A DNA stretch of 64,000 nucleotides, taken from assembly GCF_006345805.1 (NCBI RefSeq), contig NC_043003.1, forward strand, positions 81,902,001-81,966,000. The letters are read 5' to 3'. Below are positions 32,324-45,416 of the stretch, piece after piece; the stretch's first letter is position 1; each line of letters starts with the position of its first letter. The translations under genes and the position numbers were made by a program. Below the pieces are notes generated by a model. That model worked only from the letters and a program-made list of their open reading frames with translations. It ran no database searches and had not been told where the DNA came from. The DNA is from Octopus sinensis. Taxonomy: Eukaryota.

Positions 32324-33170
32324 GTATGTAATAGTTTAATATATCCTCCATTTCACTAATCGTTTCTTATTTGAACATAGCTAAGGGTAAACTATTTTCA
32401 ATGTTCCAAATCTAAAATATACTTGGTTACTTAGAACTTTATTATACATTTTTCGTTATTGTAAATAACTTGCATGCTGTTGCAACTTGGTTTCTTTGAT
32501 GAATGTATTTGCAATGCTATTTATATATTAGCTCGAATAGAAATAATTCAGAGGATTATGATTAAATAAGATAATAGACGCATTATAATTATTTCTAGTA
32601 CTGGTATAAGGTTAAAATAAAAGACAACGTGTTAGCTGATTACATTAACCCCAGTATTAAACAGCTTTATATTATTAACAGCAAAAATGATGAACAATAA
32701 TGCGGATTGTGATGGGATTTAAAGTCAATGTGTAAAGATTAGGAACAAATATTGTAAAATATTTTGTGCAACGATTCTGCTACTCTGAAAATGACAACGT
32801 TCTACGTCAATTTGCAATTTGCAAATTTTGTAAAGTGTGAAAAATAAGAGCCATAAAAAATTTTTGATACTGGTTACTCCTTTATCATTATATGAGTTAG
32901 TTTAGAATATTAGTTTCATATTTTGTCACAAGACCTGCAGTTGCTTTTTAATATTGTCACGCCAGAATATGTAAATATTTACTCCGGAATAATAAATTGT
33001 TCGAATTGTGTTGTTACTGAGACGATAGATAATCTGTTACCAATGTTTAGCAAAAAATAAGCGCACAGTTTATTAGATTTCAGCAATTACTTGGTGAGTA
33101 GGTAAAAAGTAGTTGATTTTTGGCACGGTTTATCGAAATTTGAATCGTAAAAGAATATTATATATATATA

Positions 33171-33221
<51 letters not shown>

Positions 33222-34809
33222 TTTAGTATTTTATTCAACATTCATTTTGTCCAATAAGGATTTAACGACCCTAAGTGATGCGATAGTAAATAATCATAAA
33301 CAAATATTGATAATCTATCAATATTTCTTGTTTTCATGCCTAAAATTAAGGTTTCCACGAGTGGCACACAAAATTGTCTGCCATTACTGTGGTTGCAGAG
33401 AAAAGAGCATTAAAGCAGATGAGCAGATATTCCAATGTAGGTGATTACCAAATTATTATTTATTGCGAACGAGTTATGATGCCTTTGGAGTCAATGCGAA
33501 GCCAACTTAATTGTAGAGATACTACAATTTTACTTGTATTGTTACATCAAATACCCTAATAATGATTTCCCGTGGAAAGAATTATCACTTTTCCTCTGAT
33601 CACTTTATATCGTAACTTTCAAAATTTCAAATAGAAAGAAAGTCGTTCTATATGCAAGTCTGACTCATAATGGTCTTATCTCTATTATTATAAAGATAAT
33701 GCTACAGTACTTCCCAAACACACTAATGTTAAGAAACTAATCAATAGTAACGGAAGCTTATTGTATGCATAATCTTACCGAAGATAGTTCCGCAAAATCA
33801 TCTCGAGTAACCACAAAAAAAATTCAGAGTTTCAATTATTTTCAAATAAATCTTTGTAATATATAAAGTAGCCCAAAGATTGCTTTTCAATATAATTCCT
33901 TTTATGTTACCTAATTGTTTAGAATTATTTATGGTCTACTGTTTTCTGATCTTTATACGCCAATACGAATTCTATACTGCTTTCTACTGATAATTTGCAA
34001 TTCCAGGAACTGCCATATCTAAATATTCCAATGGCATATATCAATTGAAAATCTGTTTGTCTGGGCGAGATAGAACTTTTCATTCAAACGTCTAAAGTAA
34101 TTGAATGAATAATCCTCTTATTATCGGGATCATCTCAATAATATATTGGAAAGTAATATAGATAATTAGACGGTGAAAATAAAAGCAACGTAATTATTGT
34201 AGAGGAAGGTATATTCCTTTGGAATTTCTCAAAATTTTTAATTATCATGATTTCAAAATATTACCATACATTAACGAAAAGACGGCTGGTAAAATGTTGA
34301 AAGGGAAAACAACCCTAATTTGTTTTTAATAAACTGCGCGTGCAAACATTCGCTTGAATACGAATACTATACTTAAAAGTCAGTAAATATATGTTTGTAG
34401 ATATGTATGTATATGTGCATGTCTGTGTGTATTTTTGTAAAGTCTTCTCATTCAGCTGGATTTGTTACTGATGTGCATCAACATTAATAATCGCCCTTAG
34501 CATTTCCTTGCTCGTTGCTTGTTGATCAGAGAAAAATGCTTCAAGCTACTCTTTCTTCGACTTGTGTTCATGCTTTGTGTTATAGCTGATCTTAAAATGA
34601 GGAATCCCAGGTCATGAGGTATGTGAAGGTTTCTAAGTTGCCTCTATCCTATTTTTATTCCCTATGCTCGATCTTCTAGAGATTCCACCCGCCTGGTAAG
34701 GGCTCTGTTGCATGTTGACAGTTTCGAAATCGAGACGGGGTATTAATAACCCTAGTTCTCATTCAAGATATATTGGCCTTTTATAATTTAAATTCATGAT
34801 CTCTGGACA

Positions 34810-34840
<31 letters not shown>

Positions 34841-34847
34841 AACAAAC

Positions 34848-34889
<42 letters not shown>

Positions 34890-34892
34890 AGT

Positions 34893-35125
34893 GCAGGCGC
34901 GTGGCTTAGTGGTTAGGGTGTCAGGATCGTGATCGTAAGATTGTGGTTTCGATTTCTGGACCGGGCGACGCGCTGTGTTCTTGAGCAAAACACTTCATTT
35001 CCCTTTGCTCCAGTCCACTCAGCTGGCAAAAATGAGGAACGCTGTGTTGAACTGTCGTCCCGTCCAACTGGGAGACATACGCCATTAAAACCGGGAAACC
35101 GGGCCCATGAGCCTGTCTAGGCTTT
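34893..35125 (+). mobile_element. tRNA-headed CORE-like SINE
   Basis: A box tggcttagtgg and B box ggtttcgatt, followed by a CORE-like gtgttcttgagcaaaacactt...cagctggcaaaaatgag segment. Confidence 0.8.
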
Positions 35126-36297
35126 AAAAGGGCGCATATATCATATGTATATATATATCACGTCACACCATATCCGGGTTGTCAAAGGATGACATTCCCG
35201 TCCCAGACTCTTACACATGGAAAAAAATAACAGATCGAATCGCAAAGTTCGCAACTTTGCTCTCAATTAGAAATATGAATATTAGCGACAGAGGCAACAT
35301 AAATACCGGAAGCTAATGTTTATTCCCATCTAAAAGCAGATGTTCTGTTGGAACAAACTTTATTGCGGTATTTACAATGGGAGAATCTCTCATATAGGCC
35401 CTTAGCGCGGAATGCGCTCTTGTTTGTTTATAGCGCCAGCGGGGAGATAATACTCCATCAACGCCAGTGCCGGAACCAACATATCACGTGATTTCAATTT
35501 TCCTTGTTCTCCTTGGTGCTGCACGCTCGGTCGCTTGAAATAGCAGTAACTTATCTTCCCGCAAGCGATATATGAAAAGATCATTGCGAGAACAGTCACT
35601 GGTGTCGGGATTAGAACATCCGTGTTCTAATGTGGGAATAAATGTTACTTCGTGGTATTAGTACTGCTTCTGGTCGATTAAGATTTGTTGCTTTAAACAT
35701 TCAATTACTGTTAAGTATTTATCAAGCAATAATTATATCAGTACATATAGCAAATTTTCTATTGAGTTTTCTCATTTTCATAAAATTCAGAAAACGAAAG
35801 AAATAAGAGATTGTAGTCTATAATTATCCACTGTCTACTATCTTGCAGTTTCAAATTTCTTCTTAGACACTGGATGTACAAAAACGCTGACAAATATATG
35901 CATCATTATATTCTACTGAGAATACAACGGGTTATTGAGTTGTGAATATCAAATATACAACAGTATTAGCAATTCCGATGCTTTCAGTTGTAGGTATTAA
36001 ATAGTTGATATATCTCCCAATATTTTTGGATATTGCGAAAAATAGCTCCATTATGATAGTCTGGGTCATTGTGTACATTGAGTATTGTACATTTCCTCGC
36101 TTAATGTAGAGACTTCAAAATATATTCTGTTCTACAGAATAATTGAAATAAACAAATACATTACTGATTATACGATGTAATTGTATTATAGAAACATGTA
36201 TCAAGTATTAGACATGTTTTCTACTAATACAGTTCTGTTTTTAAGAGATGAGGAATTATGTACATTATGGATATTTTTCCTAATCCTGTTTGCTGTT

Positions 36298-36343
36298 AAC
36301 ACAACGTTTTGGCTGAAATATCCTCCAGCCTTCATCAGGTTTT
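36298..36343 (-). ncRNA. Minimal type I hammerhead-like motif with G12A substitution, in a Penelope-like end (about 36285-36400)
   Basis: aaaac-CTGATGA-a-ggctg(10 nt)cagcc-AAAA-C-GTT-gtgtt; canonical CUGAUGA and a 5-bp stem II, but GAAA reads AAAA. Confidence 0.5.
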
Positions 36344-36813
36344 GGAGAAATTTCGAACCTGGGTTATCATTCCTAAGGTATTTTTTGCTACGTTACCTAT
36401 TGAGATAGTCACTAGTAGTTATCAGCAATCTGCTTCAAATTGATATAAAATATATGTAGGCTATCATCGATTTCATCTTTGATTAATACAGTTGTTGAAT
36501 AATATATGATACGGTAGAATTAGATTTTGTTTCCGGAACCCCAAGAAGACCCATTCTAGAGTCTTTTGCATAGACACTATGATTGTCTCAGATAGAAAAA
36601 CTTTGATATTTATCTATGATACACTTTAAAAAGGCAAGTTTAAAATTCAAAATATTTCAATTGTACTTCAGTCGTATTGCTTTTACCTTATGTATCGTTT
36701 CATGCTTTTCTGTTGCAAACCTTCTTATTAGGCATACCTGTATACATACGTATGTATGTGTGTATGCATGTATGTATGTATGTATGTATGTATGTATGTA
36801 TGTATGTATGTAC

Positions 36814-37700
36814 GTCATTATTCAGTGTTTTTAAAGATTTCTTGCCAAGAGAAATAGAGCCGATTTCTAGCCTAGATCCAAGACACCTTTATTGGAATTT
36901 CATCATCAACAACAGGGTATTTTGTTTGTATGTATATGTGCAGATTTGTATGTTTTATTTTATGCATGTATTCTCATGCATATAACTGCATATCTAGACA
37001 TGCTTATATTTATTTAAATATTAAATTTTTGGATAGTTCTACACATATTTACAGTTCCAGTGATGGAGTGGATCTATAGTGTTCAAATTAGCTCTAACCC
37101 TTCCTATTTTGAGAAGCCTAATTTCACAAGAGTGGTATTTAGGAATTGTGTTACAGGGCCCCAATAATTACAGCTATTAACTTGAACTTGTAAGCTGTAT
37201 AGAGTAACTGCAGATTTCTCAATAGTTCTTCGTAGGTATTCTCTTTTTCACTGATCTTCAGCTTTATATTAACATGTACTGGGCAGCTAATTTCTTGACA
37301 GCCTAATAGTTGATATTTCCTGCTCCTGGATTGCAAATTCATACCCTTCAAAGGAGTATGTACTGGTCCGCCCAGTGGTACATGATAGACTGCTTTGACG
37401 ATCAATGTAACTACCATCCCGGAGCTTTCTACTAACCTATACATGCATAGTCTTCTACTCATATACTTCATCTGAGGATACATTGCAGTAGAGTCGTGCA
37501 ACTTCTTTTGGCATGTATTTAAATTTATCAGACAAGGAATGCTGCTGAAAGAGCTACCTTCCGAATCTTATGATGTTATCAACCTCATGCATGCAAACTT
37601 AGACAAGGGATGCACTTCTACACTTAATCTTTGAAATATGTTTCCAAAGGGATATGACATGACATTCAAAAGCATTTTGGATCGATGTTAATCCTCTGCC
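36814..37700 (-). mobile_element. Internally deleted fragment of a third RLE-type LINE family with a (TACA)n tail
   Basis: Reverse-strand FEGYEFAIQEQEIST is joined directly to EISCPVHVNIKLKISEKENTYEELLRNLQLLY...IIGAL (RLE C-terminus). The 3' end ...ctgaataatgac abuts (TACA)n at 36750-36813. Confidence 0.7.
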
Positions 37701-37753
37701 GCCCTGTTTTCATTTTATGTGGAAATTATGTGTGCTTGTTACCATTCTTTGGG

Positions 37754-37792
<39 letters not shown>

Positions 37793-38581
37793 ACGTGTAA
37801 GTATGTATTTATTAATTCATATGCACATACGCACATGCAAATCAATATACTCAATAATTTTTGGTTGTCAGTGTGTAGGGAAATTTGCCAGTCTAAATTT
37901 TGTCTTTGTTTGGAAATATGTGCACATCCATGCGAGAACCATTACTCAAATACGAAACTGACGGCCTACGACAATGCATATAATTTAAGTGTGCATTATT
38001 TAAAATTTTTATCATGAAGTTATATCATTCATTAAATTCTTCAATTAAAAAGAAAATTGATTTTATCTTGAAAATTTTGTGTGCGCAAATTTTTTGCCTT
38101 CATCCGCTTGCTGCAAGACACGTGTGTACGTACTCAACCGCACATATTAAAAGGAAGATTCAGGCACACACTCACACGCTTACATAAACACACACTTGCT
38201 TATCTATGTAAATGTGTATAGATATATGAACATATCTGTATGTATGTGTGCATATATATACATATATATGAATGAATCTGTATGTATGTACACACACGCA
38301 CAGATGCACTCACACTCACATACGCATAGATTTTTCACACACATCCATCAGATGTTGAAAGTTAATTTTTTTCTCGCAGTTATGTAAAAACTGAAGAAAA
38401 TATAAGTAAGAAATACAATTAAATTAATTAAAACTTAATAAGACGAACAAAAAGAAAAGTAAAAAGCAACAGAAGGGTATCGGTCGTTTATATGTTTTTC
38501 TGTGACCGAGAAGACCTATTCGGGGAGCAACATATTTGTTGCAGACTGCGTACTGAGGTTTATTTATACAATGGTTGTTAT

Positions 38582-38970
38582 GGATGGAAGCACTCCGTCG
38601 GTCACGACGATGAGGGTTCCGGTTGATCCGAATCAACAGAACAGCCTGCTCGTGAAATTAACGTGTAAGTGGCTGAGCACTCCACAGACACGTGTACCCT
38701 TAACGTAGTTCTCGGGGATATTCAGCGTGACACAGAAAGTGACAAGGCCGGCGCTTTGAAATACAGGTACAACAGAAACAGGAAGTAAGAGTGAGAGAAA
38801 GTTGTCGTGAAAGAGTACAGCAGGGATCACCACCATCCCCTGCCGGAGCCTCGTGGAGCTTTAAGTATTTTCGCTCAATAAACACTCACAACGCCCGGTC
38901 TGGTATTCGAAACCGCGATCCTATGACCGCGAGTCCGCTGCCCTAACCACTGGGCCATTGCACCTCCACT
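38582..38970 (-). mobile_element. Full-length tRNA-headed SINE with 11-bp TSD
   Basis: Head ggaggtgcaatggcccagtggttagggcagcggactc...ggtttcgaatacc contains A and B boxes. ATGGTTGTTAT occurs at 38571-38581 and 38971-38981. Confidence 0.85.
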
Positions 38971-39149
38971 ATGGTTGTTATAACGTAAAGTGCACTATAC
39001 CCCTTTGTTCTCTACTTTAGGGATTCAAGATACATAAACCGCTGAACACCTGATGCTGACCGGCATCTTTGGGAGACAGATCTCATGCCAGATCGTCTCA
39101 TGTGTCCGAGATGATGTTGCATATATTCAAGTTTGCTTGCAGTGTATGT

Positions 39150-39700
39150 TCAATCATTTGTGAGATTCACCATCATTGCGCTTTTCGTTTGTAATTTCAA
39201 TACAGAAAAGTACCCCTCGTACTCCTTCGTTGGGCGTTATAACATTTCAACCGAACAACCATAGATGTGCTTGGGTTTTGTAAACAAACTGAGTGTATGT
39301 GCATGTCTAGTAACTGACGTATTAGGTGTTTTATCCAGTTGATTTATATTTACATTCTTCAGCTTTATAAAATGGATTCCATATACTATACAATTTCCGC
39401 CATATTATTGGATCCCAAGAGGGATTTGGGAAGATGGCAGTAATGAAAACATTTATTTTATCATCTTTGCATGTATCTGGAGTGGTCATAATTTATGTTA
39501 CTGCTTTCCAAAAGCTGCATACGTATTACTAAAAGACAAGCGATTGATGGCTGTAAACTTACAACATATTGAAAATTCTCCATTTCATTCAGCTCCGTCC
39601 TGTCCATCCAACTTACTCTTGCCCCTGGCGTTACACCCTGTGCATATTTTGGAACAGGTTGATGCAGCTCTACTTTTTTCACTGTACTGAGAGTAATACT
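39150..39700 (-). pseudogene. Decayed RTE-like RT fragment
   Basis: ELNEMENFQYVVS ~ L..VE.F.YLGS; LLGSNN ~ LLYGSE; NINQLDKTPN ~ NI.WQD.ITN. Confidence 0.4.
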
Positions 39701-39921
39701 AGATTTTTACAGTCCTTTAACAACCGGCCGCCACATGCATTGTAAATCTATAGATATTAAACATCAGTTCACAGCATACATGCATATAGACATACACACA
39801 CAACTACATATATACATATATGTACATATATATTCATATCTAAGTGTATATATATATATATATGTATGTAGATATATATATATACATACACATATATATG
39901 TATATATATATATAATATATA

Positions 39922-39966
<45 letters not shown>

Positions 39967-40164
39967 CACATATATATGTATATACATATACACATATATA
40001 TATACATATATATACATATATGCATATGTATATATATATATAATTTTGAATTTTTCAATGTTATTGATAGCTCACAAGATTAAGTGTAGTAACCCGTGAT
40101 TAAGAGATAAATCTTCAGACATCCTAACGTAGAAATTTACAATTATGCGAAATTTACAAATATA

Positions 40165-40523
40165 CTCTTGGCACAAGGCCAGAAATTTTTGGAAGGGAGG
40201 CGGTCAGTCAGTTAGCTCGACCCCAGTACGCAACTGACTTATCGACCCCGAAAGGATGAAAGACAAAGTCGGAATTTGAATTCATAACGTAAAGGCAGAC
40301 AAAATACCTATATCTTTACTACCCACAAGAGGCTAAACACAGAGAGGACAAACAGATTAAGTCTATTATATCGACCCGAGTGCGTAACTGGTACTTATTT
40401 AATCGTCCCCGAAAGGATGAAAGGCAGAGTCGACATCGGCTGAATTTGAACTCAGAAAGTAACAGCAGACGAAAAACTGCTTAGCATTTCGCCCGGTGTG
40501 CTAATGATTCTACCAGCTCACCG
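40165..40523 (-). mobile_element. Tandem pair of SINEs of the ggtgagctggcagaatc family
   Basis: Two successive gaccccgaaaggatgaaag cores. A complete copy at 40309-40523 is joined to a head-truncated copy with a different tail at 40165-40308. Confidence 0.75.
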
Positions 40524-40836
40524 TTTTAGTGTATGAAAATATAATGCTTGAAAATTCATGTCGTTAATGATTCAGTTTATATTGAAATTTTCTGTCGAAT
40601 TTCGGGTGAATAGTATGAACAAATAAGCATTGCTTCAAAATTTATTCAGAAATATTAATATAACTTTGCTTCTTCAATAGATCTTGTAGGGATTTTGAGA
40701 AAGGACAATGCTATAATTTCTTGTAAACATTCCGACTAAACAGAAATGTTTTTTTATGTTATCTATGGACGCACAAACAAACATCTCTCTCTCTCTCTCT
40801 CTTCCTCTCAAAATATAGATCGATATACATACATAC

Positions 40837-40937
<101 letters not shown>

Positions 40938-40970
40938 GTGAGAGAGAGAGTGTGAGAGAGAGAGAGGGAG

Positions 40971-41492
40971 AGATATGTTAATAGTTATCGCGAATCAAAC
41001 ATGGCAGTCCGGGAAAATAGGATGAATGCTTCCGTTGATTAGCTCCAGGAGACCATCACCTCTAGCTAACCTGTGTTCATTATAACCTTCGAATAGGGGA
41101 AGTCAGCAGCTTTTCCTTGCTGGTTCAAAATCCACAGGTTGTTCAAAATCAACAGGTTTTAAAAAAATTTTTTTAATATTTCCATTTTTGAAAACAAGTG
41201 GATGTACTCCACTGAATATAGGTGAATAAACCTTCCAACAGACGGTCAGCAGCGACGCCTGCTGGGTTCGGCTACTCCATATTGATAAGGGACACAATCT
41301 CCGAAACTAGTCTGCGGTATTGAACCAGCAAGGGGGAAGCTGCTGACCGCCCCTGTTCGAAGGTTATATTGCAAACAGGTCTGTGTGTCAAATAGTTAGC
41401 TAGAGGTGATATCCTGTTAGACCTAATCAACGGCTGCATTCGTCATATATTCCCGGACTGCTATGTTAGCTTGGCGATAACTATTAATATCT
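40971..41492. mobile_element. Foldback/MITE-like element with long imperfect inverted arms (about 155-170 bp)
   Basis: 40971-41128 is the reverse complement of 41320-41492 (ttaatagttatcgc...cagtccggga...tcacctctagctaa...ataaccttcgaa...gcagctt...cttgctggttcaa), around a 190-bp spacer. Superfamily and TSD unresolved. Confidence 0.8.
41274..41318 (+). ncRNA. Minimal type I hammerhead-like motif with U3-A8 core, inside the foldback spacer
   Basis: ccata-TTGATAA-gggacacaatctcc-GAAA-C-TA-GTC-tgcgg; palindromic helix III ACTAGT and a GUC cleavage triplet. Stems I and II are imperfect. Confidence 0.4.
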
Positions 41493-43719
41493 AGTACTGC
41501 TGACGTAGTCTCCTTTGGAGAGATATAGAAATGTTTATATACATACATATATACATACGTACATACATACATATATATATATGCCCTGAAAATGTTTGCA
41601 TCACTCCTCCCGTGTTCGAGTTGGTGCTGTCCATCAAGAAACTACTGTCTGTTCTGATCTTGCAGGATCGTTAGTATGTCACGAAAACTACTTCGCATCA
41701 TTTCTCCGTCTCTTTACCTTTTGAGTTCAAATGTCGCTGAGATCAAATTTGCCTTTCATAATTTGGTGGGGGAGGGCAATAAATTATAGTACCACCGAAG
41801 CACTCGAGTCATTGTAATTGACTAAACAGCTTAAAATATTTTCAGACGTTGTATCTAAATTCAAAATAATTATTAAATGAGTTTTCAGTTATATCATACG
41901 AGATTTTCCTTTCGTTTAATGTTTTACGGGAAACGGATTTTAATTGATATACGCTGTTTTCATTTATTTGCCATGTTTTGTAGGATTACGCTTGCTGTCT
42001 CTTACTTTTCAACGAAAAAAATGCACTCTAAGGGATCTTAACATTAATGCACTTAAACGTTGTGTATAGTATGCAATTGGTGGGATATCTCCTTAGAAAA
42101 TGAAACTACTTCGCTATACCATAATTAACGATTGGTTTCATTTGTACTTTGCAAACGGTTACTTGCTTTCCTACAGATATATAGTTCGTTGTTATAATAA
42201 ATTAATATATTTTATATATTTTAAAACAATTTTGTCTTCAGTCTACAAATTTTGCCCGCTTATATATATGTGTGTATGCATATACGTACGCGTTTTTGCA
42301 GGGCAAGTCTATGTGTGTATGTGTGTCGTTTGTGAGCATATTGTTGTTTTATCTGTTTCGCAAGAAAATCAATACAGCCTATAAATATATTCATAACAAT
42401 ATTAATTTAGAACTTTTAATTTATCTTAATATGATTATTTAGATACACACAGATGACCTGTTATTTTCTCAGCGGTGAAATAGTTGTAACATAATGGAAA
42501 ATATATTTTCTATTTGTGTGTCTAAACTAACTAACGCATAATTCTGTTATAGTATTTTCTTTTTAGAATAAATCTGTTATATTAAATTATTTCTTACAGC
42601 GTCTTCAATTAGTGGTTCAAATTAAATTTCCATATGTGGCGTCAACACTAATATACATATAAAATTGTTTATCATATTGATATATTGATCAATCGCATAT
42701 TACATGAGTATATATACGCTATATACGTTTCGGCGAAAACTCCAATTTTATAAATACTAGCTTCGAAACTGAATAATAACTACATATTGAGAAATAAGTG
42801 CTATATCGGTACATGCTATTGTAATGGACATTTACAAATGGGCATAATGTAACCTCGCAGTTCCTGTTACTTGGTGAAGTTCAGGTACCCAAAGGTCAAA
42901 GTACATTTTTATTTATTATTGATATTTCAATAAATTGCCCGATGTATATGCAAATTGTTGAAAACATTTATCAAATTAAAAGTTTCAACCAATAACTGAA
43001 GACATAGTATGCTATATATTCCTCAAATTTTCTTGCTATATCTTTCTAGTTACGCATTTCAATTCGGTCAACAGAGACATTTAACAACAAAACTATGTTT
43101 TAATTCATTGATTACTGACTGCTTACTCTGGGCAATCAATATGTAATTGTTCGAAATCGATTATAGGGAGATAAGTATGAGTTTTAATATTGTTAATAAT
43201 TGAATAACCCAGCATTGGATACTGGGGAACATACTTTTCGACTTGAATATGTGTGCGAAACTACAAATATGTCAAAATATGTAACTGCATCATTAGCATA
43301 GGGTGTTACATTGTCTTATGTTTTAGGATAAAGCCTTTTCATCCGTACGTCTAAGTGGTTTGCATGACAATTGCCAATGCATACTTTAATATTTAGCTTT
43401 AATATTTTCTAGATGGTTCTTTAAGATATAACCAAGGAAAACATATTCTGGCGATTGACGCTTCACTGCACTATGAACACTAACAAAAAAATAATTGTAT
43501 TGATCATATCGATTATTTATAAGCATTTGGTAGTGCCAACAATTATTCTACTATGAGATATTGTATCATTGGATTTGTTATACTATTCTAATTAGCGGCA
43601 ATTTATTTGTTGTTTGGAAGCCATATACTAGATGTTAATAAAGATGGGCTTAGATTAAAAGGATTGCTAATGAAATAATTGCAGTCAGGAAGTTAGATGT
43701 ATACCGTAAGTACACACAA

Positions 43720-43751
<32 letters not shown>

Positions 43752-43753
43752 AC

Positions 43754-43843
<90 letters not shown>

Positions 43844-43918
43844 CTGTATATCTGTGTGCGTGTGTAAGTATATACATATGTATGTACATATGTATATATA
43901 TACATAGATATATGCGTA

Positions 43919-43962
<44 letters not shown>

Positions 43963-45020
43963 CATGTACATATGTGTGCACAAACATAAACACACATTCA
44001 CCCGAGCTTACTGCGCGCACACGCACGAAAGCAAATAGTGAAATACCCAGAAAGTGTGAAATATGTGTCTACAGTATTCTGTATATGCTGTTCAAATTAT
44101 AACGTGTGCCTTTTGCTAAATATAAGTATCATGTAACAGAAACTGCATCAACAACGTATTACATAACAGTTATGTTTATAATACGAACATGTATGAGTTC
44201 TGCTTGCTTACCACCTAGAAAGAAACTTTCTTAAGAAAAACTATGCAGGAATGAGAGTATAAGTTGATGAAAGTATGAAACTTGTTAACGAAATCTAAGA
44301 AAGGGACATCACGGGAGACAGATAATACGAACATATCGCTTACAACGCTGCAATAGTGACGGAAACTTCAGGCGAGATAACAACTGGCAGATTAGAAAAT
44401 TTTCTTTGTACAAAGAGAATGAGAGCGGTAAAAATTAAAAACTGGAGACGGCAATGATATAGATATAATTTTTAGATACAAATGCACAAATCTTTTGCTG
44501 AAATGCATATAGGTGACGAATCTCATGTGCCCAAAAAAGAATATTTATAGTTTTCTAAGCTAAGTTTTTTGTAACATTCTTAGATTGAAATCTGCTTTTG
44601 GAATCACAAATTAAGGAATTTAAGGAAAAGTTTGGAAAGAAAAGAATATTGCCGATCCATTGTTAGTATGGTATGAAGTGAGTTCGTGAATCTTGTATAA
44701 TAAATGATCAGAAAAATAAGAAAAGCTCAGATGATAAAGTTCTTGCAAATGAACAAATTAGATAAATGAAGATCTTATATAGTAAGCATCGTCGCCTTTG
44801 GTTTTACGCTGAGAAAAAAAGAAAAATATTCAATTCCGGATCGTCTTTTCAACAAAGCTATTCGCACATACACTCGCAGTAATTTGTGCATCTACTTTTA
44901 TTAGCACCCAGATACATAAGCAGATACGCACACAGCGTATGAAGTCATTTGCCAGTCAAGCAACTATATCTATCTGCTTGTCTGTCTGTCTGTCTGTTTG
45001 TCTATCTATCTATCTATCTA

Positions 45021-45089
<69 letters not shown>

Positions 45090-45353
45090 GCCTGTCTGTC
45101 TATGTATGTATGTATGTATCTAGCTATCTATCTATATATCTATATATATATATAAACAACTTATAAACAAGGGCAAAAGAAAAGATGCTAATGCCAAATA
45201 TGCCGAAAATAGACAAAATGTCAATAACCATATAATTTAACACTATAAACACATGTTTCGAAGCAAGCCGACAGAAATTTCTGAAAAATTCCGTTATTAT
45301 CGTATCGGTCCCAATTTCAGTGTTTATTTCACAATATATATATATATATATAT

Positions 45354-45416
<63 letters not shown>

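Noticed and set aside
34893-34965. tRNA-like sequence (also 38900-38970)
   Set aside because: These are SINE heads continuing into SINE bodies, with no complete cloverleaf or T-run terminator.
39343-39690. About 115 stop-free codons on the plus strand
   Set aside because: No early ATG and no homolog; explained as the antisense frame of a decayed RTE-like RT.
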